Shown here one piece after another: positions 12,528 through 22,157 of a stretch of DNA of 64,000 nucleotides (its first letter is position 1; the number at the start of each line of letters is the position of its first letter). The notes beneath the pieces are model-generated. The model had not been told where the DNA came from. It saw only the letters and a program-made list of their open reading frames with translations, and made no database searches. Source of the stretch: Kiritimatiellia bacterium (GTDB lineage Bacteria; Verrucomicrobiota; Kiritimatiellia; CAIVKH01); assembly GCA_027493775.1 (NCBI GenBank), contig JAOSKE010000003.1:269761-333760 (forward strand), read 5' to 3'. The position numbers were made by a program, and so were the translations under genes.

Positions 12528-12865
12528 CTCCTTGTTTGTGGCTTAATCGTTTAAGGCATTGGGGCGCAATTCGACGCCGCAAGTTATATTCGTTTTTACC
12601 TTACTGAGCGCCTTAAGCGGCGCGACCCACTCGCTTCAAACCCTGGATCCACTATTTATGTCGGCGGCATGCTATAAGTGCCTCGACAAATCCTAAAAGG
12701 GTGTGGACAGTATGGTTTGAAAGAATGCGCGGATCATAATCCTTATATTAAGATAGTTCAAGCTTAATCTTCGAGATTCTTAGCTTTTTTCAGCTATCTA
12801 ATATAAATCTACGTTAGTTTCTGGAGATCAACGACTCACTCTTGAGAAACAACGGAACGCTGCAC

Positions 12866-13717
12866 TCAACTGGATAAGTTCAGTTCTTCGCTTGATCGAG
12901 CAAGGGAGGCAAAAGGGGCCTGGGTTGTGATTTCGGCGTTTAAACGGTCTAGCGCTTCATCGTTTTTCTGTGGGTCGTGATGAATCAGACGCAAACGCGG
13001 GATACCGAGCGAGGTGGCAAGGGCCAGCCCTTCTTCCCAAGTCGAATGCCCCCAGCCTCTAAATTTTTCGTATTCGGACGCTTCATATTGCGCATCCATC
13101 AACAACAGATCAGCAGGTTTTGGCTGCACACAAAGAGCACGCAGCAAGCTTTGCTCTTCTTCTGAAGACTCTGCCCATTCGACATCCGTTGCAAACACAA
13201 GCGAAGCGCCGGTTGCTGGCTCGTCAATCCGATAGGCCGTGCAGCCGCCGGGGTGATGCAAGGGGCACCAGCGGATTTCAAGTCCGTCCCAACGCAACGG
13301 ACTGCCGTTTGCGGCGGCGGGCAGCGATTCAAATTGGATGCTGGCGGCAAGGTCAGACACCTGCAGAGGCCAAAACGGCTTGTCCATGATTCGGCGCATA
13401 ATGGACTCAACATCGAATTCCTGATGTTTCTGCGCGGCGATTTTTATCCGCCACTCCTTGTCGTACAGCAGACCAAGAGAGGGCAGACCAACAATGTGAT
13501 CCAAATGATAGTGCGTGATGAGCAATAAAACAGAGCGGGAGCCGGGGTCTTCCGCAAGTCGGGCACCGAGCGAACGGATTCCCGTTCCCGCGTCAATTAA
13601 AATACGCCCGCCCGCCTGGCTCTCAATGAGCAGAGAAGTCGTCTCGCCGCCGTACTTCACAAAATCCGGCTGCGCGACTGTATTCGTTCCCCGCACTCCA
13701 CCAATAATCAGCTTCAT
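12866..13717 (-). CDS. MBL-fold metallo-hydrolase (RNase Z / class II phosphodiesterase-like)
   Basis: GVRGT...YGGETTS, ILIDAGTG, THYHLDH (HxHxDH), HPGG, TDVE, GHST and HHDP. Confidence 0.88.
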   Translation of the reverse strand: MKLIIGGVRGTNTVAQPDFVKYGGETTSLLIESQAGGRILIDAGTGIRSLGARLAEDPGSRSVLLLITHYHLDHIVGLPSLGLLYDKEWRIKIAAQKHQEFDVESIMRRIMDKPFWPLQVSDLAASIQFESLPAAANGSPLRWDGLEIRWCPLHHPGGCTAYRIDEPATGASLVFATDVEWAESSEEEQSLLRALCVQPKPADLLLMDAQYEASEYEKFRGWGHSTWEEGLALATSLGIPRLRLIHHDPQKNDEALDRLNAEITTQAPFASLARSSEELNLSS

Positions 13718-13770
13718 ACGCTCACATTTTTTCCGCGCACGGTGTAAATAATTTGGCCCGAACGCAATAT

Positions 13771-13817
13771 TTCCAAGGGTTGGAAGTCCTTTTGACACTG
13801 ACTTCCAACCCTTGGAA
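13771..13817. repeat. Pair of TTCCAA-N3-TTGGAA palindromes, 32-bp spacing (locus A)
   Basis: ttccaagggttggaa at 13771 and ttccaacccttggaa at 13803. Confidence 0.9.
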
Positions 13818-13831
13818 GTTTCACAGACAAC

Positions 13832-15961
13832 TTACTTCTCCGTCAAATTCCAAACCCCATCCCAATCAGATTCCGCGCCCGAAGCGAGCGTTGAGAGCTT
13901 CTTCGCATAAACTCTCGACGGCGGATCGTCGGGTAGTTTTTCAAAAATGCCAAAGCGGCGGCCCAGCGCTTTTCTGTGACTGCTTTCAATCCCGCTTCAT
14001 AATCAGGAAGCCAAGAGGGCAGCGCAGCGCGGTCGAACGCGAGTGGTTCATAAACGCGGACGGGCGTTTTGCGGCCAACCACCCGGATCGCGCCCAATTC
14101 GCGGCCGAATGCCGCATCACCCGCAGCCTTCCACGTGCTTTCCGAGGCCATAATAAATGTGCCGAACGCCTTGTTTGCGCCTTCCAGGCGCGACGCAAGG
14201 TTCGCGGCGTCGCCGAGCATCGTATAATTGAAGCGCTCAGCTGAGCCCATGTTGCCGATGACGACATCGCCGGTATTCAATCCAATCCGCATCCGCACCG
14301 GCATTCCGGCGGCTTTCCCTGAAAGTTCTGACTGTTTTTCGCGCAACACGCTCTGACACCCCAACGCGGCGCGAATCGCTCGGGCCGCGTGATCCTCCTG
14401 TGGCACCGGCGCGTTCCAGAACGCGACGATCGCATCGCCGATGTATTTGTCCACATAGCCGCCCTGTTCCATCAGCACCTCGCCCATTTCAGAGAGATAG
14501 ACGTTGAGCAAATCAATGAGCTGCGTCGGCTCAAGTTTTTCAGAGAACGACGAGAATTTTTCGAGGTCAGAAAAGAACATCGTCAGTTCTTTGCGTTCGC
14601 CACCGAGCGACAACTTCGAGGGGTCGGCAATGATCTCATCAATAACCGCTTCGCCGAGGTATTGTTTGAACGCCGATTTGATGAATCGCTTCTGGCGGCC
14701 TTCCGTCGCATAGTTGACGATCACACCGCCGACCAGCGCGAGCGCGACACCCACTTCACCCGCCATAACCGGCCACCACCAACCGGCGTGATATGCCCAC
14801 ATGCCGACCAGCCACGGAATCGGGATCAGCACAATGAATGCAGCCACGCTCTGCCACGCGCTGCGTCCGGCAATGGTCGCAGCAGCGCCGAGGAGTGAAA
14901 GCAGCACCGTGAAGAGAGCAATCGGCCACACGGGCACATCCGCCAGCGCGTCGCGCACCAGCAGGTTGTCAAGCAGTGTCGCGTGCAATTCAACTCCGGG
15001 ATAGTTCCCCTCAATCGGTGTCGGGCGCAGGTCTTTCAGGCCCGGCGCACTAAAGCCAAAAAACACGTACGCATCGCGGAAGATTTCCGGGTCCACAGAA
15101 GGTTTGCCGCCCTCCTGCAATCGCAATTCCGATTGGATGATCGAAGCGGCGGAAAAAGACTGATGCGTTCCCGTCCTTCCGCGAAAACGCAGCAGTACGC
15201 GACCTGTGCGGTCTATCGGAATGAAGGCGTCGCGCAAGCGCAATGCGCCATTCTCAATTCGGACATTTGCATCCGGATTGGCGGCCAGATACGCGGCGAA
15301 GCCGAGGGACGGGAGGACGCTGTCATCGAACAGGGTGATTAGCCCCGCGCGCCGATAGACTCCGTCGCGGTCCAGCCGATCAGCGACGTTGGCAAGGAAC
15401 GCGGCGGGTTTCGCGATTTCCGGGACGGGAAATGCCGCGCCCGGCATGGCGATTGCCCGGGCGCGCCTCGGGGTGAGCCATTCTTTGACGCCTTGCACAC
15501 GTTCTGCGGGACGCGCAAGCCAATCGGGCCAAACGCGGGTTTGCGTCGTTTCCTTTCCCGTAAAAACCGCGCCGATAAAACCGGGGGCGCGACGGATCGC
15601 ATCTCCGAACGCCTCGTCATCCTCGACGCCATAGCCGGAAGGCTCGGTGTAAAGCACGTCGAACGCAACAGCCTTCGGATTTCCGCGCATCACAAAATCG
15701 AGCAACGCGCCGTACACCACACGCGGCCACGGCCAGGACCAGCCGCGATCTTCGCCCGCGCCCCAATCAAGACTCGCCTGATCGAGCAGGATGACCTTTA
15801 TCTGGCCAGTAGCGGGCGATGGTTTGGCGAAAAAATTTTACACGGCTCATCCATGTAATATTTTCCACACCGCTCAGGAGCGGACTCTTATACCAAGCCA
15901 ACAGGGCAATCAGCGCGGTGGCAAGGCCGAGCGCCAGAATCTGTAGGCTCTTTTTACGCAT
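13832..15961 (-). CDS. CHASE2-domain class III adenylate cyclase with C-terminal helical tail; apparent frameshifts near 15760 and 13945
   Basis: N-terminal TM, CHASE2 (AVAFDVLYTEPS, DRDGVYRR, YPGVELHAT), three TMs, FSDLEKFS, KYIGDAIVAFW, YTMLGDAANLASRLE. The alternative frame ends ...DWDGVWNLTEK* at 13832. Confidence 0.88.
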
Positions 15962-15980
15962 CCCTCCTCAACAGGCGCGG

Positions 15981-16907
15981 TCAAATCCCCGCCAACGCTT
16001 CTTGAAAACGCTGTACGCGCACAGCGGGAACAGGTACGTGAGGGGTTTTCTTGAGCATCGAGTCTAGGTCTTTCACGCGATCTTTCGGCGGCGGGTGCGT
16101 CGCAGCAAAATCGTGACCGCCGGGCTTGAGCTGAGACTCCATCCGCGTCAGCACATTCGGCAGCGCATGGGCGTCGTAGCCGATGCCCTTCATAATGCGC
16201 ACGGCGACCTCATCCGACTGTCGCTCCTGCTTACGCGCGTAGCCGCTGTTCATCATCGTGTTGCTGATGTCGGAAATGCTGCCCTCGAATGCTTCGGTCA
16301 GGGAAGACAGCGCATCGCCGCCAAAACTCTTTGCGCCTTCAACGGCCAGGATGGTGAGGGCGGAGGTCAAGCGGCTGCCCTTGATTGCGCGGAGCGCGTG
16401 CTGCAGTTCCACGTGCCCAATTTCGTGCGAGAGCACGGCGGCCAGATCGTCCTCGCTTTTGCACAGGCGCAACATTCCGCGCGAAACAAAGATGAACCCG
16501 CCGGGCGCGGCGAAGGCGTTGATCTCGTCTGAATCGAGAATCAAAAAGTGCCAGCCGCCAAACGTTTCAGGGCGGGCGGACGCAAGCGCCAGCGTTTGAC
16601 CGAGAAGGTTGATGTATTCCGTTGCCTGCGGATTATCGTACACCTTGAATTTGCTGACAATCGTCGCGCCGACCGCGCGGCCGATGTAGTATTCCTGCTC
16701 CGGCGTAATATCGGCAAAGGTCTTTTCCACGGCCTCGCCGGTCTTGCGAATGGAATCGCCTTGTTGCGGTGTAATGACGCCTGCCGTTTCCCCGACTACG
16801 GCGCCCACGTTTGCAATGGTTGAGCAGCCGGAAAGCAGCAGTCCAGCGCCGAGCGTGACAACAATGCCCGTGAGCCAACGACGAAAATATGCGTGAGATA
16901 AATTCAT
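15981..16907 (-). CDS. M48-family metallopeptidase, probable lipoprotein
   Basis: Lipobox LLSGC; INAFAAPGG; HEIGH zinc motif; YARKQERQSD; THPPPKDR. Confidence 0.9.
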   Translation of the reverse strand: MNLSHAYFRRWLTGIVVTLGAGLLLSGCSTIANVGAVVGETAGVITPQQGDSIRKTGEAVEKTFADITPEQEYYIGRAVGATIVSKFKVYDNPQATEYINLLGQTLALASARPETFGGWHFLILDSDEINAFAAPGGFIFVSRGMLRLCKSEDDLAAVLSHEIGHVELQHALRAIKGSRLTSALTILAVEGAKSFGGDALSSLTEAFEGSISDISNTMMNSGYARKQERQSDEVAVRIMKGIGYDAHALPNVLTRMESQLKPGGHDFAATHPPPKDRVKDLDSMLKKTPHVPVPAVRVQRFQEALAGI

Positions 16908-16919
16908 AGTCGTTCCCTT

Positions 16920-17393
16920 TTATTCTGTGGGGGTCACCCGGCCTGCGCGCAGAAAGTCTGTTATTTGCGCAGGGGTCACTTTGATTTTTTCCATTCGGTC
17001 AATCCACGTGAAATCAATGTCCTTGTTCTGCTTCTTGAAGTCGGCCTCCACGCTGGAATTGAACCCCTTGCCGGCCATCGCCAGCTCCTGCCCTGACGCG
17101 GCGGTCGAAACGTCGCTCGCGCCAGCCTGCATAACAATTTTTTTCGTGGTCAACGCACTATTGTTCAACCAGCCAGTTGCTCCGCCCGGGGCGGCGACGC
17201 GGTACCAACCGGTCTTCTCCTCAAGGATGGTGACAGACGCGCCATAATCGGCGGTTCCGACCACCGCGCCCAAAAACGAGGGCGTCGCGCGCAGTTGTGC
17301 GGAGCGAATCTGGATATTCATTGTCGTTTCGCGCGCAAGCGCGGGAGCGGCAAGCGCTCCGACCAGCAAGAGACTAAGTAGAATTCGTTTCAT
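16920..17393 (-). CDS. Secreted SH3b-domain protein
   Basis: Signal peptide, then LRATPSF...GWYRVAAPGGATGWL. Confidence 0.8.
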   Translation of the reverse strand: MKRILLSLLLVGALAAPALARETTMNIQIRSAQLRATPSFLGAVVGTADYGASVTILEEKTGWYRVAAPGGATGWLNNSALTTKKIVMQAGASDVSTAASGQELAMAGKGFNSSVEADFKKQNKDIDFTWIDRMEKIKVTPAQITDFLRAGRVTPTE

Positions 17394-17443
17394 TTCCTGC
17401 TCCTATCTCAACTCCTTGAATATGAGACGCTCATTCCCAGGTT

Positions 17444-18374
17444 TTATTCAAGCTTTTCAGGAGGCGTCCCGGCGACTGGCGTTGCTTTGATTTCGCTGAA
17501 TAGCGCGCTCATTTCCGGCCCCCATCCCGGCTCATCCTCGGAACCGATGACCGCCAGCGCCCGCTCCATCGTCTTCAGTGCGTTCAGCGTTTCGCCCAAA
17601 CCTTGCCAGCTTCGGGACGCGCGATAAAAACGTAACCCCGCCGCATCCATATCCCCCGCCTTTGCATACGCCTCACCCGCACGCTGCAATGACGCCGCCA
17701 TATCGCGGTAGCGCGTGGCACGCCGCATAAATTCCGCTTCTTTGTCAAACTCCAATCCCGCGTCGCCGCCCTCTCCTTTAAGTAAGGCCATCCGGCCAGC
17801 CAATCCGGCGACGCCCGCCCGCAGAGCGGGCTTCGTCCGTCAAAAATGAGCGCGCACGCGACAAGCCCTTTGTCGCTTCCTCAATATTCGTTGCATCACA
17901 AGAGAGCTGACCATAGAGCAACCACGCCTGACACTGCACCTCGCGCGAAGTGGGGAGCTCGACCGTTTTTTGAATTTCGAGCTGGGCGGCATCCGCCTGA
18001 CCCAACGCGCGCAATGCGCGGGCGCGGAGCAGCGAAACCGAACCGCGATCACTACGCGCGCGGGCAAACACTGCGTCTGCTTCCGTCAAATAAGGAAGCG
18101 CATCTGCGGGGCGGTCGGCGAGAAGCAACGATGCGGCGAGATTGTAGGCCTGTTTGCCGATTTCAGCGGAATCGTCCATTGCGCGGGCGCGCTGCAACGC
18201 CAGCTCATAGAAGCGCGCGGCGCGATCATAGACCGCAAGGTGAAAGGCAGTTTGAGCCGATGAAATGTACTGCGCGAGTTCGAAGTCCGGCTTCGGCGCA
18301 ACTTGCGGAGGCGACGCGCAACCGGCCAGCGCTGCACCGGCGACCAACGCGATAATCAGCGGTTTCATCTTCAC
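17444..18374 (-). CDS. TPR-like lipoprotein of the MCE operon; apparent frameshift near 17820
   Basis: Lipobox LAGC and helical repeats across ORFs 17778..18374 and 17444..17803; start overlaps the mlaD stop. Confidence 0.65.
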
Positions 18375-19258
18375 GGACCACCTGCCTGCACAGCGGGAAT
18401 CATTGGGGGAAGTTGTTCACTAGGGACGTATTTTCGGATCAGCCAGTGTTGTTGAATGCCCTGAATCAACCGCTCTGTTTCGCGCAGCGTCTCCTGCGAC
18501 TGCACAACCGTGCCGGGTAGCGCATCCACTTCGCGTCCCACCGTGGCAGCCATCGGCGGCAGATGCGCGGTGGTTTCCTTGAGGTCTGAAAGAATCTCGC
18601 GCACTTGCGCGAGGATGCGATCTATTTCTTCGGAGGCCTTCGGATCGCGCAAGAACTGACCCGCGCTCCCCTCGCCCTCCGCAAGGCCACGGGAAATTTC
18701 CTCCAAGTTCGCAAGCAGCTTCATCAGCGAACCCTCCGGATCGCGGAGGTCGCCTGCGAGTTTCGTATAGCCATCAAGCAGCGGCAGGATCGCGTCCTGT
18801 ATCTGTTTCAGAATTTCCTGCGCAATTTCAGTGATCTCCGTGTCCTTGATTGCGCTCATCGTCGGATTCTCATCAAATTTTTCCGCGCGCCCCTGGGTGA
18901 TGTCCACAAAGGCATCCCCGGCAACGCCGAATTTCTTTTTCACCACCGCGCGCGAATCGGTGCGAATAAATCGGATAAAGTCGCCCTTGATTTTCAGCGT
19001 CGTGTGCATCGCGCCATCTTCGCCAACGCGAATTTTACCGACGCGCCCGACGGTCGCTCCGAGCACCTGCACCTCGGAACCCCGTTGAAGGCCAAGCGAG
19101 CCTTCTTCGGGAAAATCGAGGCGGATTTCATATTGCGGCTCGAACCAGTCCTGCGCGTGGCCGATAAGAATGATGCCGACGATCAAGGTGGCAACGACCA
19201 GCAGAACGAACGATCCGACAATCTCGTTCACATATCGAAATTTAAACGGTTTGCTCAT
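18371..19258 (-). CDS. MCE/MlaD-family substrate-binding protein
   Basis: N-terminal TM (EIVGSFVLLV), MCE domain (GLQRGSEVQVLGATVGRV), helical tail ending HWLIRKYV. Confidence 0.85.
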   Translation of the reverse strand: MSKPFKFRYVNEIVGSFVLLVVATLIVGIILIGHAQDWFEPQYEIRLDFPEEGSLGLQRGSEVQVLGATVGRVGKIRVGEDGAMHTTLKIKGDFIRFIRTDSRAVVKKKFGVAGDAFVDITQGRAEKFDENPTMSAIKDTEITEIAQEILKQIQDAILPLLDGYTKLAGDLRDPEGSLMKLLANLEEISRGLAEGEGSAGQFLRDPKASEEIDRILAQVREILSDLKETTAHLPPMAATVGREVDALPGTVVQSQETLRETERLIQGIQQHWLIRKYVPSEQLPPMIPAVQAGGP

Positions 19259-19300
19259 GGTTGTCCGATTTCGCGCATTGCGCCCTCTTCCATCGCACAT

Positions 19301-19948
19301 TTAGCGCGTTGGCCGCAACGCGGAATCATTCGTCATCTCGTGCGAATCCGTAATCCAAAGAACCCCGACGCCGTCCCGTTCACGGCGGCGATTCACTGCC
19401 GCAACAAAGGCTGCGGCATCGGCTGACGAAAGGTCGCTGATTGGACGTTCGAGCAGGAGCAACTTCGGTCTGCCCATCAATGCGCGAACCCACTGCAACT
19501 TCAAGAGGGTAATTCGCTCCACCCGCGCGGGGCGGCCCGGCGGAATTTCGCCCACCCCCACTTCACGGGCCAGTGCGCGAGCTTCTTCTAAAGCCTCTGC
19601 GGGATCGCGGCGCATGTGGTAGCGCTGCGCGAGGGTAATGTTCTCGTCCACATCCAGATTGCTCAACCAATCGGAGCGTTCAAACACGCGCCCAATCAGG
19701 CCGCGCGATGACGCCGCCTCGCCTGCGGAACGCGCAGACCAGGGTTTGTTGTCGAAAATGATTTCGCCGGCGGCCAAATTGAGCAACCCGCTCGCGGCAT
19801 CGGCGAGCGGCGTGACCGGTCGTCCCTCCGGCGCACGGACCAGAAGCAGCTCGCCCGGCGCGAGTGAAAACGAAACGGCGTTCAGCCCGCACTCATACGG
19901 CGGTTGTTCCGCAAAACTCACATCGCGAAATTCGAGAACAGCGCTCAT
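19301..19948 (-). CDS. MlaF-like ABC ATP-binding subunit with degenerate motifs
   Basis: ABC fold cues (LEFRDVSF, VSFSLAPGELL, LSNLDVDENITL, RALMGRPKLLLLERP) but no GxxGxGKS/T. The C-terminus may be frameshifted. Confidence 0.7.
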   Translation of the reverse strand: MSAVLEFRDVSFAEQPPYECGLNAVSFSLAPGELLLVRAPEGRPVTPLADAASGLLNLAAGEIIFDNKPWSARSAGEAASSRGLIGRVFERSDWLSNLDVDENITLAQRYHMRRDPAEALEEARALAREVGVGEIPPGRPARVERITLLKLQWVRALMGRPKLLLLERPISDLSSADAAAFVAAVNRRRERDGVGVLWITDSHEMTNDSALRPTR

Positions 19949-20733
19949 AGATACGTCACCAGTGAGACCAGGGCGGAGGTAATGAAAAGCGCGGCGGTGG
20001 ACTTGACCACTGCGCGGGTTGCAGCCTGCGGCACTTCCGTGATTGCGGCGCCAACGCTCAGCCCTTCAATACAACAAATGGAACCCATCAAAAGACCCGG
20101 CACGAAGGACTTGAGAATCAGGTTAAACACGTCCGCCTTCGAGACCGCGCCAAAGATGCTTCGAATAAACGCCTCCGGGTTGCCGGTATTTGCGCCGAGC
20201 AGCATCCCGCTAAAAAATCCGCTGAGAAACGAGACGGTAATGAAAATGACGGTCAGGCAGAAAATTGAAAGCGCCGCGCCGAGCACACGGGGCAACACCA
20301 GATAAAGGAAAGGATCAAGGCCCTGCGCATCCAGCAATTCCACCTCGCCGTTGACTTTCATATTTGCCAACTCGGTCGTCATCGCGGTGCCGCTGCGCCC
20401 GATCACGATGAAGTTGGTCAGCAGCGGGCCGATTTCACGAATAATCACCATCACCAAAATCGGGCCAAGCAAACTGCTCTGTCCCAATTTGGCCAGCGCG
20501 ACCTGCGCCTGCAAAACCACTGCGAGTCCGACGAGCACCGCGATCAGCGAAATAAAGCGCGATGCCTCGTAGCCGGTGAAAAGAATCTGGCGCGCGAGCA
20601 CATTGCGCACCGGCGACGGCCAGAACTGCGGACGGACTGCAGCGGCCAGCGCCGACCAAGCGACCGCCAACAGCCGCGACAGTCCCTGCGCCTGCCGCAC
20701 GGTCCACTTGCCGATACTCCGCAACATCTTCAT
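19945..20733 (-). CDS. MlaE-family ABC permease
   Basis: RQILFTG, IIREIGPLL, GRSGTAMTTELANMKVNGEVELLDAQGLDPFLYLVLPR, VPQAATRAVV. Confidence 0.92.
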   Translation of the reverse strand: MKMLRSIGKWTVRQAQGLSRLLAVAWSALAAAVRPQFWPSPVRNVLARQILFTGYEASRFISLIAVLVGLAVVLQAQVALAKLGQSSLLGPILVMVIIREIGPLLTNFIVIGRSGTAMTTELANMKVNGEVELLDAQGLDPFLYLVLPRVLGAALSIFCLTVIFITVSFLSGFFSGMLLGANTGNPEAFIRSIFGAVSKADVFNLILKSFVPGLLMGSICCIEGLSVGAAITEVPQAATRAVVKSTAALFITSALVSLVTYL

Positions 20734-20904
20734 TCGCTGTCAGTATGCGTCGAAGAAGAAGTTCCTTCAATCCAAGAGAGGGAAAGTGAGCCTACATTCG
20801 CAGCCGCAAAGCACATGCGGTTGAATTCGTCGCGATTTTGGGGCCGGAGCGCCTGTCCATATTAGTGTAATGAAGAGGATGGGGAGCAAAATCGGGAACG
20901 TTTC

Positions 20905-21240
20905 GGCGCGGCGAGCCGCCTCGCCCCACCAGCTCTGAAACAAGAGAATGGTTTATCTGCAACTGGTCGCGTTCGGGGCGGCGTGAATCAAGCCCCCCCC
21001 CCTCTCTCCGCGGTCAACGCCCGCGGCTACAAAGAACAGCCACCGCTTCCCCCGTCACGTCGTAGGCTTGGCGGAGGCTTGGCGGAGGCGGAACTTGCTC
21101 GCTGCGCTGTGAGCGAGTAAATAAAGGCTGGCCTGCCAAGCCGTAGCTCGCAGCGCGGCAGGGGGTCCGCCGTCGCCTGCGCGCTTCGCTTTGCAGGCTA
21201 TGGCGTGACAGCCTTCGCCCTCGCTGCGCTGCGAGCGAAG
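20905..21240. repeat. Cluster of small palindromic (REP-like) elements downstream of tRNA-Cys
   Basis: GGTGGGGCGAGGCGGCTCGCCGCGCC (minus, 20905-20930), TGTAGCCGCGGGCGTTGACCGCGG (minus, 21008-21031), and CCGCCGTCGCC...GGCTATGGCG (21167-21205). Relatives of all three recur at 61127-63503. Confidence 0.75.
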
Positions 21241-21242
21241 GC

Positions 21243-21317
<75 letters not shown>

Positions 21318-21441
21318 GGTAAGAGTCGAAGGTGATACGATACCACGCGATAATTCGCAATCCAGTTTTTCTCTGATTTATTCCGCCGCTCCTTGCGCGG
21401 CATCGAAAATGAGGTCACAGTGACGACTATTTCATCGAATC

Positions 21442-22044
21442 ATGGTGATGACCCGACAAAATTTGTTGATTGCGCTTGTTTGCGCCGCTTTGTGTGGTTG
21501 CGCTCATAGGTTCAGCCTGAATGAGGCGCTTAATCCGTTTTACAATCCGCCCGCGCCGTCGTCGGCATCAAAGTTTCCGCGCCCCGACTTCAGCATCCCC
21601 GCGCGCACGCCAATTCCCGGGTCGCCTCGTCAAATCAAGGCTGACAAGACGTACCCGCCGACGATTACACTCCAAAAAATGATATGGACGGATGGGAATT
21701 TTGCGTGGCATATCCGTTTCCCTCCGCAACGCTACGCCTATGCGTCCTGCGAGATGAAATATCCGTTGAACCTTGTAAAATACAAAAACAAGCTGGATCT
21801 CACCTTCCGTTTTTATCCCGCGAAAATGGCGGACTTCATTTCCATTGCCCTACTGGATAACGCGACGAACTCAATGGATGAAGGGCTGGCTGACTACGTT
21901 GTGTCGCAACGCTACGGGTGGGCAAAGGTTGTGATTCCGCTTTCGGCGTTTTCAGGGCAAGCAGGCGCGATCAGTGCAGATCGAGCTGAATCGTTCGATT
22001 GGTCACAAATTCGAGAAATTCGCTTCATCAGCCGCGGCGGCTGA
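21442..22044 (+). CDS. Lipoprotein with a putative carbohydrate-binding (CBM11/CIA30-like) jelly-roll domain
   Basis: Lipobox LCGC; [11 protein letters not shown]...[11 protein letters not shown]. An in-frame continuation past the TGA is possible (see findings). Confidence 0.6.
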   Translation: MVMTRQNLLIALVCAALCGCAHRFSLNEALNPFYNPPAPSSASKFPRPDFSIPARTPIPGSPRQIKADKTYPPTITLQKMIWTDGNFAWHIRFPPQRYAYASCEMKYPLNLVKYKNKLDLTFRFYPAKMADFISIALLDNATNSMDEGLADYVVSQRYGWAKVVIPLSAFSGQAGAISADRAESFDWSQIREIRFISRGG

Positions 22045-22157
22045 CTGCCAGCCAAAGAGTTTATCGCGCACGATCTGACCATCGAACGCCGATAGTCCTG
22101 TTTCTACTTGCCCGCCGCCGCCGGTTCCGTAAGGTTGCCAACCGTGGAGAAATACTG

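Noticed and set aside
12725-12755. Possible XerCD dif site (gatcataa-tcc-ttatattaag)
   Set aside because: The arms are separated by 3 bp rather than 6, and the XerD arm deviates from TTATGTTAAAT.
13771-13817. Palindrome doublets (also at 40164 and 60649) as mini-CRISPR arrays
   Set aside because: Only two 15-bp repeats with a 17-bp spacer per locus, one pair is inverted, and no cas genes are present.
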